64,000 nucleotides of DNA from assembly GCA_963845195.1 (NCBI GenBank), contig CAWJRH010000001.1, forward strand, positions 526,193 to 590,192, written 5' to 3'. Positions 19,846 to 28,727 of the stretch are shown here, one piece after another (the stretch's first letter is position 1; each line of letters begins with the position of its first letter). The notes under the pieces are model-generated. The model saw only the letters and a list, made by a program, of their open reading frames with translations, was not told where the DNA came from and searched no databases. This DNA is from an uncultured delta proteobacterium (GTDB lineage: Bacteria; Myxococcota_A; Polyangia; Polyangiales; Houyiibacteriaceae). The translations under genes were made by a program, and so were the position numbers.

Positions 19846-20558
19846 TTGCTCAAGACCGAGCGGACCGCAGCGCGAAGCTCCGAGCGGCTCCACCGCGTTG
19901 GGATTCGGGCGTGGGGCAGACGGGCAGCCAAGGGAGAGACGGTTCCGTCGGGCTCCGGCAAGAGAATCGTTTTGAGTCGTTCGGTGCGCGCAAAGAACTC
20001 GATCACTTCCATCGCTGCGCGATCGTGCGTCGCCGAGTGCACGATGAGACCCGCGTACTGCGTGTCGTCGGTCTCCAGCTCGCGAACGAGTTCCTCGACC
20101 GTCTCGACCGAACGCACCGCCATTGAGAAACTTCGCAGCTCGGATTCGATTTCGTCACGAACTCGATGCCTCGGTTCGAACACCAAGAAGGGCAAGCGCG
20201 CACCCGGTGCGCCGCGCCGCAGCAGGGCACGAAGAAGCGCGTCTTGGATCGCGTCCTCCTGGTCTGCCGAGAGGACCCGGAACTGAACCACGACCGAGTT
20301 CTCGCCGTCGTCGCCGCGGACTTGCTGGAGGGAACCCGTGAGGCTGAGTGGAGGCTCTCCGTTCTGGAGTTCGACCAGGAGATGCACCAGGTGCCCGGGG
20401 CGCAGCCCGCTGCTCGCCTGGATGCGCGCGCCCCGTGCCGAGAGGCTTTCGAGCGCGTAGCGGCCTAGAGAGTCGCCGCGCTGAGAGATCAGCGCACTGC
20501 CGTCGACGTGCCGCCGATCGTCGACGCGTCGTTTCCAGTCTTTGCCCGTGTGCCCCAT
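19842..20558 (-). CDS. PilZ domain protein with C-terminal receiver-like domain
   Basis: ATG 20558 gives MGHTGKDWKRRVDDRR (RxxxR), followed ~26 aa later by SLSARG (the xSxxG half of the PilZ motif). The C-terminal half resembles a CheY-like fold without an obvious phospho-Asp context. The tracked start 20798 would overlap the divergent CBS gene. Confidence 0.55.
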   Translation of the reverse strand: MGHTGKDWKRRVDDRRHVDGSALISQRGDSLGRYALESLSARGARIQASSGLRPGHLVHLLVELQNGEPPLSLTGSLQQVRGDDGENSVVVQFRVLSADQEDAIQDALLRALLRRGAPGARLPFLVFEPRHRVRDEIESELRSFSMAVRSVETVEELVRELETDDTQYAGLIVHSATHDRAAMEVIEFFARTERLKTILLPEPDGTVSPLAARLPHARIPTRWSRSELRAAVRSVLSN

Positions 20559-20700
20559 CCATCGTCGAGAGTGCCGAGAACGACCTCGAAAAGCTAGTCC
20601 ACAGCGAGGGATGACATCAAACGGGGATGATCGGTGGACTGCGAATCGGGCTTCACTATCGTCCAGGACAGAGGTACAGTCCCCGCTGGAGGTCCCGTAG

Positions 20701-21144
20701 ATGGTCTGGCAATGCGTCGGTGACGTGCTTCGCCTGAAGAGCAAGCGTGTGTACTCGGTAGGCCCGCTTGCGACCGTCATCGAGGCGGTTCGGCTCATGG
20801 CGGATCGACACGTCGGCTCGGTTGTGGTGCTCGAGGGCGGCTACCCGATTGGGATTCTGTCTGAGCGCGAGGTGCTCGTGGGCGTCGTCGCGGCCGGCAA
20901 AGACCCCAGTCGGAGCCTCGTCCGCGACGTGATGACCACCCGTCTCAACTTCGCCGCGCCCGACGACAGTATCGCCGACGTGATCACCCTGATGACCGAA
21001 TCGCGCTGCCGCCACGTGCCGATCATGGACGGCGACCGCTTGGTGGGCCTGCTCTCGGTGGGCGACCTCGCCAAGGCCGTGCGCCGTGAACTCCCCGAGG
21101 CCGAACAAGGAGCGAACCGCGTCAGCGGCTTCTACGGGACCTGA
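20701..21144 (+). CDS. CBS domain pair protein
   Basis: Two CBS repeats: VGSVVVLEGGYPIGILSEREVL and CRHVPIMDGDRLVGLLSVGDLAKAV. Confidence 0.85.
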   Translation: MVWQCVGDVLRLKSKRVYSVGPLATVIEAVRLMADRHVGSVVVLEGGYPIGILSEREVLVGVVAAGKDPSRSLVRDVMTTRLNFAAPDDSIADVITLMTESRCRHVPIMDGDRLVGLLSVGDLAKAVRRELPEAEQGANRVSGFYGT

Positions 21145-21204
21145 GCCGACGCTCCTGCTGCGCTTTTTTTGACTGTCGCCCGACCCTCGAAGGAAGGTGG
21201 GGGC

Positions 21205-22173
21205 ATGTCGGATTCCCGTGAGCGCGCCGAGCTGCGTGGCCAGATTCTAGATGGCCGATATCGCATCGGAAACGCGATTGGGGTCGGAGGTACCGGGATC
21301 GTATTCGAGGCCGAACGACTCGCGACTCTGGAGCCTGTCGTCGTCAAGATGCTGCGACCGATGCACGCGGGCAACGCGGACCTGATGGCGCGGGTGCGGC
21401 GCGAGGTGGAAGTCGCGCGCCGCGTGTTTCACCCAGGAATCGTACCGGTGATCGATCACGGCACGCTCAACGATGCTTCGCCGTATGTCGTGATGAAATA
21501 CATGCGGTCTGAGAGCCTGTCGTCATACCTGCGGCGCTCCGACCTGCTGAACGAGCCCCTTCTTGCGGTGATTATCGCCCGGCTCGCCTCGATTCTGCAC
21601 AGCGTCCACCGCCATGGCTACGTCCATCGCGATATCAAGCCCGAACACATCCTCCTCAATAGCGGCCCGTACGGAGAGCTCGAGGTCCACCTGCTCGACT
21701 TCGGCGTGTGCGCCGCGGAGACGGCGCCTTCCGATGAGCGCGCTCGCGAACGGGGTCGGGTCTACGGCACCCCCAGCTATGCGTCACCCGAGCAGGCAAG
21801 CGGCAATCCCTTTGTCGACGCGCGCGCCGATCTCTTCGGGGTCGGGGTCACCATGTTCGAAGCTCTGACCGGTCGACTTCCGTTCCGGGGCGGAGACGTC
21901 AACACGGTGTTGCGCCGGATCATTCGAGAGGATGCCCCTCGGGTCTCGCGCATTGCGCCATATCTCGATCCCGCGATGGACATGCTCCTGGCCAAGCTGC
22001 TCAGCCGCAATCCCGCGGCGCGACATCCCTCGGCCCGCGCACTGATGCGCGATCTCACGCCCTGGCTGCAAGACCGGGTTCGCACCGAACGATACCTCTG
22101 CAGCAGCCTGCAGGTTGCCCCTGCGGCGTCGACCATTCGCCCCACCGCTCGTCACGAAGTCGTGGCTGCGTAA
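21205..22173 (+). CDS. serine/threonine protein kinase (kinase domain only)
   Basis: Motifs GVGGTGIVFEA, VVKML, HRDIKPEHILL, DFGVC and GTPSYASPEQ. ATG 21205 is preceded by GGTGGGGG. Confidence 0.9.
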   Translation: MSDSRERAELRGQILDGRYRIGNAIGVGGTGIVFEAERLATLEPVVVKMLRPMHAGNADLMARVRREVEVARRVFHPGIVPVIDHGTLNDASPYVVMKYMRSESLSSYLRRSDLLNEPLLAVIIARLASILHSVHRHGYVHRDIKPEHILLNSGPYGELEVHLLDFGVCAAETAPSDERARERGRVYGTPSYASPEQASGNPFVDARADLFGVGVTMFEALTGRLPFRGGDVNTVLRRIIREDAPRVSRIAPYLDPAMDMLLAKLLSRNPAARHPSARALMRDLTPWLQDRVRTERYLCSSLQVAPAASTIRPTARHEVVAA

Positions 22174-22186
22174 CCTGTCCCGCGGT

Positions 22187-23107
22187 CTAGTCGGCGAAAG
22201 TTTGGTCGATCAGTGAACCCACGTCGGCCGGCGCTGCCATCGCGTGGTAGCCCTTGTCGACGTAGAGAACGGTCCCGGTAATGCCGCTCGCAAGCGGGCT
22301 GCACAAGAACGCCGCTGCGTTGCCGACCTCTTCTGCGCGTAGAGGATCGCGCAGCGGGGCGTTGAGTTCGTAGTAGCGGATCATCTTGTGGATGAATCCG
22401 ATCGCGCTTGCGGCGCGGGATGCATGGGGCCCCGCGGAAATCACGTTCACCCGGTGGCGTGACTCACGCCCTAGCTCGAAGGCCAGCATTCGCGCGTCGG
22501 TTTCGAGCGCCGCCTTGGCTGAGCCCATGCCGCCGCCGTAGTCGACGATGACGCCCCGGCTCGCCAGGTACGAAAGTGCGAGGAATGACCCTTCGGGTCG
22601 CATCAAGGGCCGCATCCGCTGGGTCAATGAGACGAAGGAGTAGGCGCTCGCGCTCATTGCCGCGAGGTACCCGGCACGGCTGGTGGCAATCAGGGGCTTT
22701 TTGACCTCGGGGCCGTTGGCGAGACTGTGCACGACGATGTCGAGGCAGGACTCGCCGAAGTCGTCACGGAGCCGCGCTGCCAAACCATCGAGGCTGAAGT
22801 CTCCCCGGTCCCGATATCGCTTGTTCTCTCGCACCTCGGCGGGCACCTCGTCGAGAGTGTCGTACACCGCGTCGAGCGGATAGATCGCCTCGAATTCGAG
22901 TTTGCCACCGTCGGGAAGAGCGAGTGACTCGTCGAGCTTGCCACGTCGGAGCAGAGTTTCGAAGATTCCCAGCGCAGGCGGCCACGTGCCGACGCAGACC
23001 GAGGCTCCCGCGCTCGCAAGCGCCTTGGCGATCGCGAACCCAAAGCCGCCGTCGTCTGCGACGCCGGCCACGAGCGCTCGTTTGCCAGTGAGATCGATCG
23101 TCAACAT
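22187..23107 (-). CDS. fabI: enoyl-[acyl-carrier-protein] reductase (NADH), long plant/chlamydial-type FabI
   Basis: N-terminus GKRALVAGVADDGGFGFAIAKALASAGASVCVGTWPPALGIFETLLRRGKLD resembles the plastid/Chlamydia ENR signature rather than E. coli FabI. Confidence 0.85.
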   Translation of the reverse strand: MLTIDLTGKRALVAGVADDGGFGFAIAKALASAGASVCVGTWPPALGIFETLLRRGKLDESLALPDGGKLEFEAIYPLDAVYDTLDEVPAEVRENKRYRDRGDFSLDGLAARLRDDFGESCLDIVVHSLANGPEVKKPLIATSRAGYLAAMSASAYSFVSLTQRMRPLMRPEGSFLALSYLASRGVIVDYGGGMGSAKAALETDARMLAFELGRESRHRVNVISAGPHASRAASAIGFIHKMIRYYELNAPLRDPLRAEEVGNAAAFLCSPLASGITGTVLYVDKGYHAMAAPADVGSLIDQTFAD

Positions 23108-23153
23108 GAGACGAACCTTATCGCCTGGGGCGCGTACCCGCTACACTCCGCCG

Positions 23154-24608
23154 ATGTCGCGCCAGGGGGTCGAGTACGAGCAGGTCGAAGACGCCTATTT
23201 CCGGGACCGCGGGCTGCGCCGCTACGCCGGGGTCTGGTCGCTTTGGGCGCTCGGCGTGGGTGCCGTGATCTCAGGCGACTTTTTCGGCTGGAACTTTGGC
23301 CTTGCCGCCGGGGGCTTTGGCGGACTTCTCATCGCGACCGCCATCATCACCGTGATGTACGCGGGCCTGTGCTTCAGCATCGCTGAGATGACGGCTGCGC
23401 TGCCCCACACTGGAGGCGCCTACTCGTTTGCGCGATCGGCGATGGGGCCGTGGGGCGCGTACGTCACCGGGCTTGCCGAGAACATGGAGTACGTGCTCAC
23501 TCCCGCGGTGATCGTCGTTGGGATTGGGGGCTATCTCGGAGCGATCTTCGGGACTTCGCCGGACGTCGAGCCTCTGTGGTGGCTCTTCAGCTACGGGATG
23601 TTCGTCGGTCTCAACGTGGCCGGCGTCGAGATCACCTTTCGCTTCACCGTTGTGATTACCCTGCTCGCGCTCGGCGTGCTGCTGGTGTTCTGGATCTCGG
23701 CGATCCCACACTTCGACCTCAGCTGGGCCCTCAACCTCGAGCCGGATACGGGGAAGTCCCGTTGGCTTCCGAGGGGTGGTCTTGGCGTGCTCTCGGCGTT
23801 GCCCTTCGCGATTTGGTTCTTTCTCGCAATCGAGCAGCTTCCGCTTGCTGCCGAAGAGGCGGAAACCCCCGCCCGAGACCTGCCCCGAGGTCTGATCTAC
23901 GGACTGCTCACGCTCGTGGTCGCGGCCTTTCTCACTCTGTTCCTCAACTCGGGGATCGCCCCTGGTGCGGCTGGGCTTGCCAGCTCCGACGAACCGCTCT
24001 TCGTCGGCTTTCGGACCACCTTTGGCGAGGGACTCGGGGCCAAGGGGTTGGCGCTGGTGGCGGTGACCGGACTGGTCGCAAGCTTTCACAGCATCATCTT
24101 CGCCTACGGACGACAGATCTATTCTCTGTCGCGGGCAGGCTACTTTCCACGCTGGCTCTCGCGAACCCACCCGACCCGCCGGACGCCCCACGCCGCGCTT
24201 CTCGTCGGGGCGGCCCTCGGGTACGCGGTCGCCTACGGAATTCACTCGTTCGGCCCCGAACACCCTGTCGGTGCGGTCCTTCTGAACATGGCGGTATTCG
24301 GTGCGGTGATCGCGTATGCGCTGCAAATGCTGTCGTTCATCATGCTTCGGCTGCGGCTCCCGGACATTCCTCGACCTTACCGGAGTCCGTTGGGGATTCC
24401 GGGGGCGGTCGTCGCGCTCGCCATCGCAATCATTACCCTGATCGCCCTATTCGTGACCGACCCGATTTACCGAAACGTCGTCCTCGGCGCGGCGGTCTGG
24501 TACGGGCTCGGCCTTCTCTGGTTCGCACTCTACGCCCGACACAGGCTGGTCTTGGCGCCCGAAGAGTCTTTCGCCCGAACCGCAGCCCGTCCGGAAGACG
24601 AGGCATGA
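23154..24608 (+). CDS. eat: ethanolamine permease (APC superfamily)
   Basis: ATG 23154 gives MSRQGVEYEQVEDAYFRDRGLRRYAGVWSLWALGVGAVISGDFFGWNFG. About 12 TM helices. The tracked ORF start 22902 is antisense to fabI, so I trimmed it. Confidence 0.75.
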   Translation: MSRQGVEYEQVEDAYFRDRGLRRYAGVWSLWALGVGAVISGDFFGWNFGLAAGGFGGLLIATAIITVMYAGLCFSIAEMTAALPHTGGAYSFARSAMGPWGAYVTGLAENMEYVLTPAVIVVGIGGYLGAIFGTSPDVEPLWWLFSYGMFVGLNVAGVEITFRFTVVITLLALGVLLVFWISAIPHFDLSWALNLEPDTGKSRWLPRGGLGVLSALPFAIWFFLAIEQLPLAAEEAETPARDLPRGLIYGLLTLVVAAFLTLFLNSGIAPGAAGLASSDEPLFVGFRTTFGEGLGAKGLALVAVTGLVASFHSIIFAYGRQIYSLSRAGYFPRWLSRTHPTRRTPHAALLVGAALGYAVAYGIHSFGPEHPVGAVLLNMAVFGAVIAYALQMLSFIMLRLRLPDIPRPYRSPLGIPGAVVALAIAIITLIALFVTDPIYRNVVLGAAVWYGLGLLWFALYARHRLVLAPEESFARTAARPEDEA

Positions 24609-24630
24609 ACACCGTGCCAAGCTTCTGGCG

Positions 24631-25116
24631 ATGAGGGTCCTCCTGGTTCGACACGGCGCCGCCGTCGATCTGCGCTCGGCGCCCACGGATGAACTCCGTT
24701 GGCTCAGCAATGAGGGGCGCCGCGACATGGTCTCTGTTGGAGAGACCCTTCGGGAGCACCATCTTGCGTTCTCGCGGATGTACACCAGCCCTCTGGTTCG
24801 TGCCGTGCAAACCGCCGAGGTGCTGGCGACGACCCAGGCGGACTTCGTCGGCCCGGTCGAAATTCACTCGGCGCTCGCGAGCGAACATGGAACGATCGCA
24901 CAGGCTCTTGCTCCGCTCGACCAGGTTGCCGACGATGAAGTCGTGGTGATGGTAACCCACATGCCCAAGATCGAAGTGCTCGCCGGCGACCTGTGCGGGA
25001 CCAGCCGGTTCCAATCATTTCAGCCAGGCGCGGCCTGCCTGATTCACATCGACCAAGGTCGCGGAACGGCCGAGTGGATGCTCGATCCGAAGACGCGCGA
25101 GTTTCAACGGCGCTGA
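24631..25116 (+). CDS. sixA: phosphohistidine phosphatase SixA-like (histidine phosphatase superfamily)
   Basis: MRVLLVRHGAA (RHG motif) and YTSPLVRAVQTAE. Confidence 0.75.
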   Translation: MRVLLVRHGAAVDLRSAPTDELRWLSNEGRRDMVSVGETLREHHLAFSRMYTSPLVRAVQTAEVLATTQADFVGPVEIHSALASEHGTIAQALAPLDQVADDEVVVMVTHMPKIEVLAGDLCGTSRFQSFQPGAACLIHIDQGRGTAEWMLDPKTREFQRR

Positions 25117-27207
25117 TCAGACGGTGCAGACCTGATTGCGGCCGCGGCTCTTGGCGTCGTAGAGGGCGCGGTCGCTTTGCGCGAACAGAGTTTCTGCCGT
25201 GGCGGCGTGGTCCGGAAAGGTCGCGACGCCGAGGGATGCGGTGACGTTCAACGGCCCGAGCTCGGTCATCACTTCGGCCTGCTCCAACTCTTCTCTGACT
25301 CGCTCAGCCAGGAGCTTGGCGCCCCGCGTATCGGTTTCTTCGCACAGAACACAGAACTCCTCGCCGCCGAAACGAGCGACGATGTCGGTTTCTCGTTTCA
25401 CACGATTGAGCAGCTCGCCGAGTTCCTTGAGCACCTTGTCGCCCGCTGCATGACCGTAAGTATCGTTGACCGTCTTGAAGTGGTCGAGGTCGGTGACGAT
25501 GAGCGAGAGCTTGCGACCGAACCGTTGGGCGGCGAGGATCTTCTGTTCCATCTCGACCAAAAACGCGCGCTTGTTGAGACATCCCGTCAGACCGTCGGTA
25601 GTTGCCTTCTGTTCGAGGAGCCTGACGGCGCGCGCGTTGGCGAGCGCGACAGCGAGCTGGTTCGCCAGTGCCTGCAGCGTCTCTCGGGCCGACTCCCCGA
25701 ACGCGCCTTTCGCTCTCGAGGCGACGATTAGCGTTCCGACCGGTTCCTCGCGAACGACGAGTGGGAGTACCAGAAGCGACTCCATGCCTTTGATCTTGGC
25801 CCTCTTGGTGAACAGCACCTGCTGTTTGGCATCGAACTCCCCACGGTACGGCAGGTAGTGTTTGTTCTTCACCACCATCGCCGTGAGTGAGGCGTTGTCG
25901 CGGAACTGAAGCGCGTCGACCTCATCCGCCTGTTCGCCAACACTTCGAAGGACGATGTGCTGACGCTTGTCGACTTGGTACTCGGTGATTGCCGCGAAGT
26001 CGTGAGGTGCGATCTCCGCGGCCGTGGCGAGTCCGACGTCCATCACGTCGTCTTGATTCAGGGCGGTGCTGAGCGCCCGCGATCCGCGATAGAGAATCTC
26101 CTGCTGCCGCTTTGCGCGCTCTAGTTGCACGAAGACCCGCTCGTTCTCGAGGCACCGAAGGATGTGAGAGGTGCTCTTACGCAGCAGCTCCTCCTCCTCG
26201 GAGTTGAACGGCTCACCGCCCATACGGTCTGCGCAAAGCACGGCGCGGAAATGTCTCCCCTCGACGATCGGCACCGCGACGAACGAGGTCACAGGGGCGG
26301 GTCCCCGGTAGTAGCAGAGCCCCCGGTATCCGGGACGAATCTGCTGGAGACTCGTGGTGAGTCGTCGGCGGACCGCCGCCCCCACGGCGCCAGACCCCAA
26401 GATGAACGGACCGTCCGCAACCTCGTCACTCGAGGTAATCAACTCGGCGATGTGGAGTTCCTCCTCGCCATCGCCTGGCATCAGCAGCACGCAGGTCTGA
26501 AGCCCAAGCGTCTCATGAAGCAGCTCGAGCGTGTGATACAGCGCCTGGTGGACTTCCTGGACGCTGGTTTCGCAGATTCGTGACTCTTCGCGCAGGCCTT
26601 CCGAAACCGGCGCCACGAGACGAAAGAGGCGAGTTTCATCGCGAACTTTCTCCTGTGCTGCCCGCTCTTCACGCACCGAGTTCCGACGAATGCGCAGGAT
26701 CTCCGCCCGCGTGAAGATGAGGTTCAGAAGACCGAAACAGAGCACGAACATCAGGTGCGCCGCGAGCACGCGAACGTCCGTGATTCGTTCCGCGAAATAC
26801 ACGACTCCGAGATCGAGGGCCGCGGCAAACCCGACGAAGGCGGCTCCGGCGCCCCCCGCGACGAAGGACGCCCCGAGGGCCACTGCGACATAGGTAAGCG
26901 GATAGAGTTCGCTCGACACACCTCCGCGGAGCTGCACCAAGGCTTGGCAGCCAACTAGAAGCAGGGCGGCAGCTTCGAAGGTGGTCTGTGGCTCCGGGCG
27001 GGCCGCCCGCGTGTCGCGCGCCTTGATCGCGAACGCAACGATCCAGATCGCCCCCAGGGAGAGCGCGGCCCAGCCGACCTCCCTTCCCGGCAAGAAGAAT
27101 CCGCCGACGACGAATGCGCCGAGGAGAAGGGCAACGGCCAGCCCCCACATCGACCGCGCCGTTCGCCTCACGCGGAGCGCTGCCTGGACCAGGGCGGTCA
27201 TAACCAA
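25117..27207 (-). CDS. membrane-anchored GAF-GAF-GGDEF diguanylate cyclase
   Basis: N-terminal multi-TM region and two GAF-like segments. GGDEF domain with RFGGEEFCVL and an I-site-like RETD five residues upstream. Confidence 0.88.
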   Translation of the reverse strand: MVMTALVQAALRVRRTARSMWGLAVALLLGAFVVGGFFLPGREVGWAALSLGAIWIVAFAIKARDTRAARPEPQTTFEAAALLLVGCQALVQLRGGVSSELYPLTYVAVALGASFVAGGAGAAFVGFAAALDLGVVYFAERITDVRVLAAHLMFVLCFGLLNLIFTRAEILRIRRNSVREERAAQEKVRDETRLFRLVAPVSEGLREESRICETSVQEVHQALYHTLELLHETLGLQTCVLLMPGDGEEELHIAELITSSDEVADGPFILGSGAVGAAVRRRLTTSLQQIRPGYRGLCYYRGPAPVTSFVAVPIVEGRHFRAVLCADRMGGEPFNSEEEELLRKSTSHILRCLENERVFVQLERAKRQQEILYRGSRALSTALNQDDVMDVGLATAAEIAPHDFAAITEYQVDKRQHIVLRSVGEQADEVDALQFRDNASLTAMVVKNKHYLPYRGEFDAKQQVLFTKRAKIKGMESLLVLPLVVREEPVGTLIVASRAKGAFGESARETLQALANQLAVALANARAVRLLEQKATTDGLTGCLNKRAFLVEMEQKILAAQRFGRKLSLIVTDLDHFKTVNDTYGHAAGDKVLKELGELLNRVKRETDIVARFGGEEFCVLCEETDTRGAKLLAERVREELEQAEVMTELGPLNVTASLGVATFPDHAATAETLFAQSDRALYDAKSRGRNQVCTV

Positions 27208-27271
27208 GCGGTGTTACGCCGCCGCCATCCCTTCAGCAAAAAAGTCGTCTCCACTCGTGCCGGACCCGTTC

Positions 27272-27556
27272 CTACTGCGGGGGAAACTGAAACACGAACT
27301 CCTCGGGCCGTACCATCCCGAGCTCGTCCCTGGCGATGCGCTCGACCGAGCTCGTATCGGACCGGAGCGCCGCGATTTCGGCGCTGAGGTCGGCGATTTC
27401 CTGAACCAGCTCCTCGTTGGTTTCGCGGAGCTCTTCGACGTCTGCGCTCAGGTCGCGGTACCTCGGGAGACCCTGTTCGTCGAGAACGAGGGTGGGGACG
27501 GTCATGATCGCCATGACCATGAGGGAGAAGGGCAGAAGGGCCGCCGTGCGCTTCAT
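27272..27556 (-). CDS. ftsB: septum formation initiator FtsB/DivIC family protein
   Basis: ATG 27556 gives MKRTAALLPFSLMVMAIMTVP (a TM helix), then a coiled coil LSADVEELRETNEELVQEIADLSAEIAALR and ERIARDELGMV. Confidence 0.8.
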   Translation of the reverse strand: MKRTAALLPFSLMVMAIMTVPTLVLDEQGLPRYRDLSADVEELRETNEELVQEIADLSAEIAALRSDTSSVERIARDELGMVRPEEFVFQFPPQ

Positions 27557-27613
27557 CCCCCGAACCTGCACGAAGCCGCTTCCGGAGGCCAAATTCTCGA
27601 AGCTGCTCCGGGC

Positions 27614-27641
27614 TTGACAGCCCCAGCCCACAATCTACTTT
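27614..27641 (+). promoter_or_regulatory. candidate sigma70-type promoter upstream of hrcA
   Basis: TTGACA (27614-27619), 16 nt spacer, TACTTT (27636-27641). It ends only ~14 nt before the GTG start, so the leader would be very short. No CIRCE inverted repeat was seen. Confidence 0.2.
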
Positions 27642-27655
27642 CAGGGGGAGTGGCA

Positions 27656-28711
27656 GTGACTTTGGACGATAGGCACAGGCGAGTCCTGTTCGCGGTGGTG
27701 ACCGAGTACATCACTTCCGGGAAGCCCGTGGGTTCACGGAGCCTAGCGAAGCGCTATGCCTTCAACCTTTCACCCGCCACGATTCGCAACGTTCTGGCGG
27801 ATCTCGAGGACACCGGGCTCCTCCATCAGCCCCATACGAGCGCGGGCCGCGTCCCGACGGATTCGGGCTTTCGCTTCTTCGTCGATGCGATGGCAACCGC
27901 GGGCGAGATCTCGACAGCCCATCGAAACGCGCTCATCGAGCGTCTTCGGAGCCTCGCGCCAGGGGCGGACGCGGTTCGTGAGACCGGTCAGCTCCTGAGC
28001 GATCTCACCGGGACGGCCACGATCATCGCTCTGCCTGCGGTCGCCGAAACGCGCCTCGATCAGCTCCGATTCATGCGCCTCAGCGACAATCGCACCCTCG
28101 CCGTCTTGGTAATGCGTTCCGGCGCCATCGAGAACCGTGTCGTGGTCAGCGAGCTCGACGTTGACGAATCGTCACTCGAGCGGGTCAACAACTACCTGGC
28201 CGAACTGGTCCGCGGAAAGACGCTCGGCGCGGTTTGCGAGGCCCTTGCGGCACGTCTTGCCACCGAGCAGGGACGATACGAACAGCTTCGGCAGCACGCG
28301 CAGCGGATGGTGGAGGCGACCGTCGAGGGTGACAGCTCGCAGACGATTACTTTCGTGATCGAAGGGCAAGGGGCTCTATTTGATCGCCCTGAGTTCGGCG
28401 ATGCCGAGAAGATTCGGAGCTACCTCAACGCCTTCGAAGACAAGCGCACCCTGCTCGCCTTGCTGGAGCGCACGCTCGATGCCGACGGTGTGCAAGTGTT
28501 CATCGGTTCAGAAGCCGCGTTGAACGACGTTCAAGACATCAGCGTCATCTCGAGCCCTTATCGACACGATGGTTCACGCATCGGGTCGTTTGGCATCGTC
28601 GGACCGACGCGGATGGACTACAGGCAGTACGTGCCCTTGGTGGGCTTCGCTGCAGAAGTGCTCAGCGACGTGCTCGACGGGCGAACGCCAGGGGCTTCCA
28701 AGGAATCATAG
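27656..28711 (+). CDS. hrcA: heat-inducible transcriptional repressor HrcA
   Basis: GTG 27656 is preceded by GGGGGAG. N-terminus LDDRHRRVLFAVVTEYITSGKPVGSRSLAKRY...SPATIRNVLADLEDTGLLHQPHTSAGRVPT. The tracked ORF start 26981 is antisense to two other genes, so I trimmed it. Confidence 0.93.
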   Translation: MTLDDRHRRVLFAVVTEYITSGKPVGSRSLAKRYAFNLSPATIRNVLADLEDTGLLHQPHTSAGRVPTDSGFRFFVDAMATAGEISTAHRNALIERLRSLAPGADAVRETGQLLSDLTGTATIIALPAVAETRLDQLRFMRLSDNRTLAVLVMRSGAIENRVVVSELDVDESSLERVNNYLAELVRGKTLGAVCEALAARLATEQGRYEQLRQHAQRMVEATVEGDSSQTITFVIEGQGALFDRPEFGDAEKIRSYLNAFEDKRTLLALLERTLDADGVQVFIGSEAALNDVQDISVISSPYRHDGSRIGSFGIVGPTRMDYRQYVPLVGFAAEVLSDVLDGRTPGASKES

Positions 28712-28727
28712 GGGAAAGTCGAAGAAC

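Noticed and set aside
21145-21170. T7 tract after the CBS gene as an intrinsic terminator
   Set aside because: No stable GC-rich stem immediately precedes the T-run; the best pairing is 3 bp. The same applies to the T6 tract on the minus strand at 27231-27236.
22902-23153. 84-aa N-terminal extension of the permease ORF
   Set aside because: It is antisense to the fabI 5' end. The permease-like sequence and first TM helix follow ATG 23154.
26981-27655. 225-aa N-terminal extension of the hrcA ORF
   Set aside because: It is antisense to the diguanylate cyclase 5' end and to ftsB. The HrcA homology begins at GTG 27656, which has its own SD.
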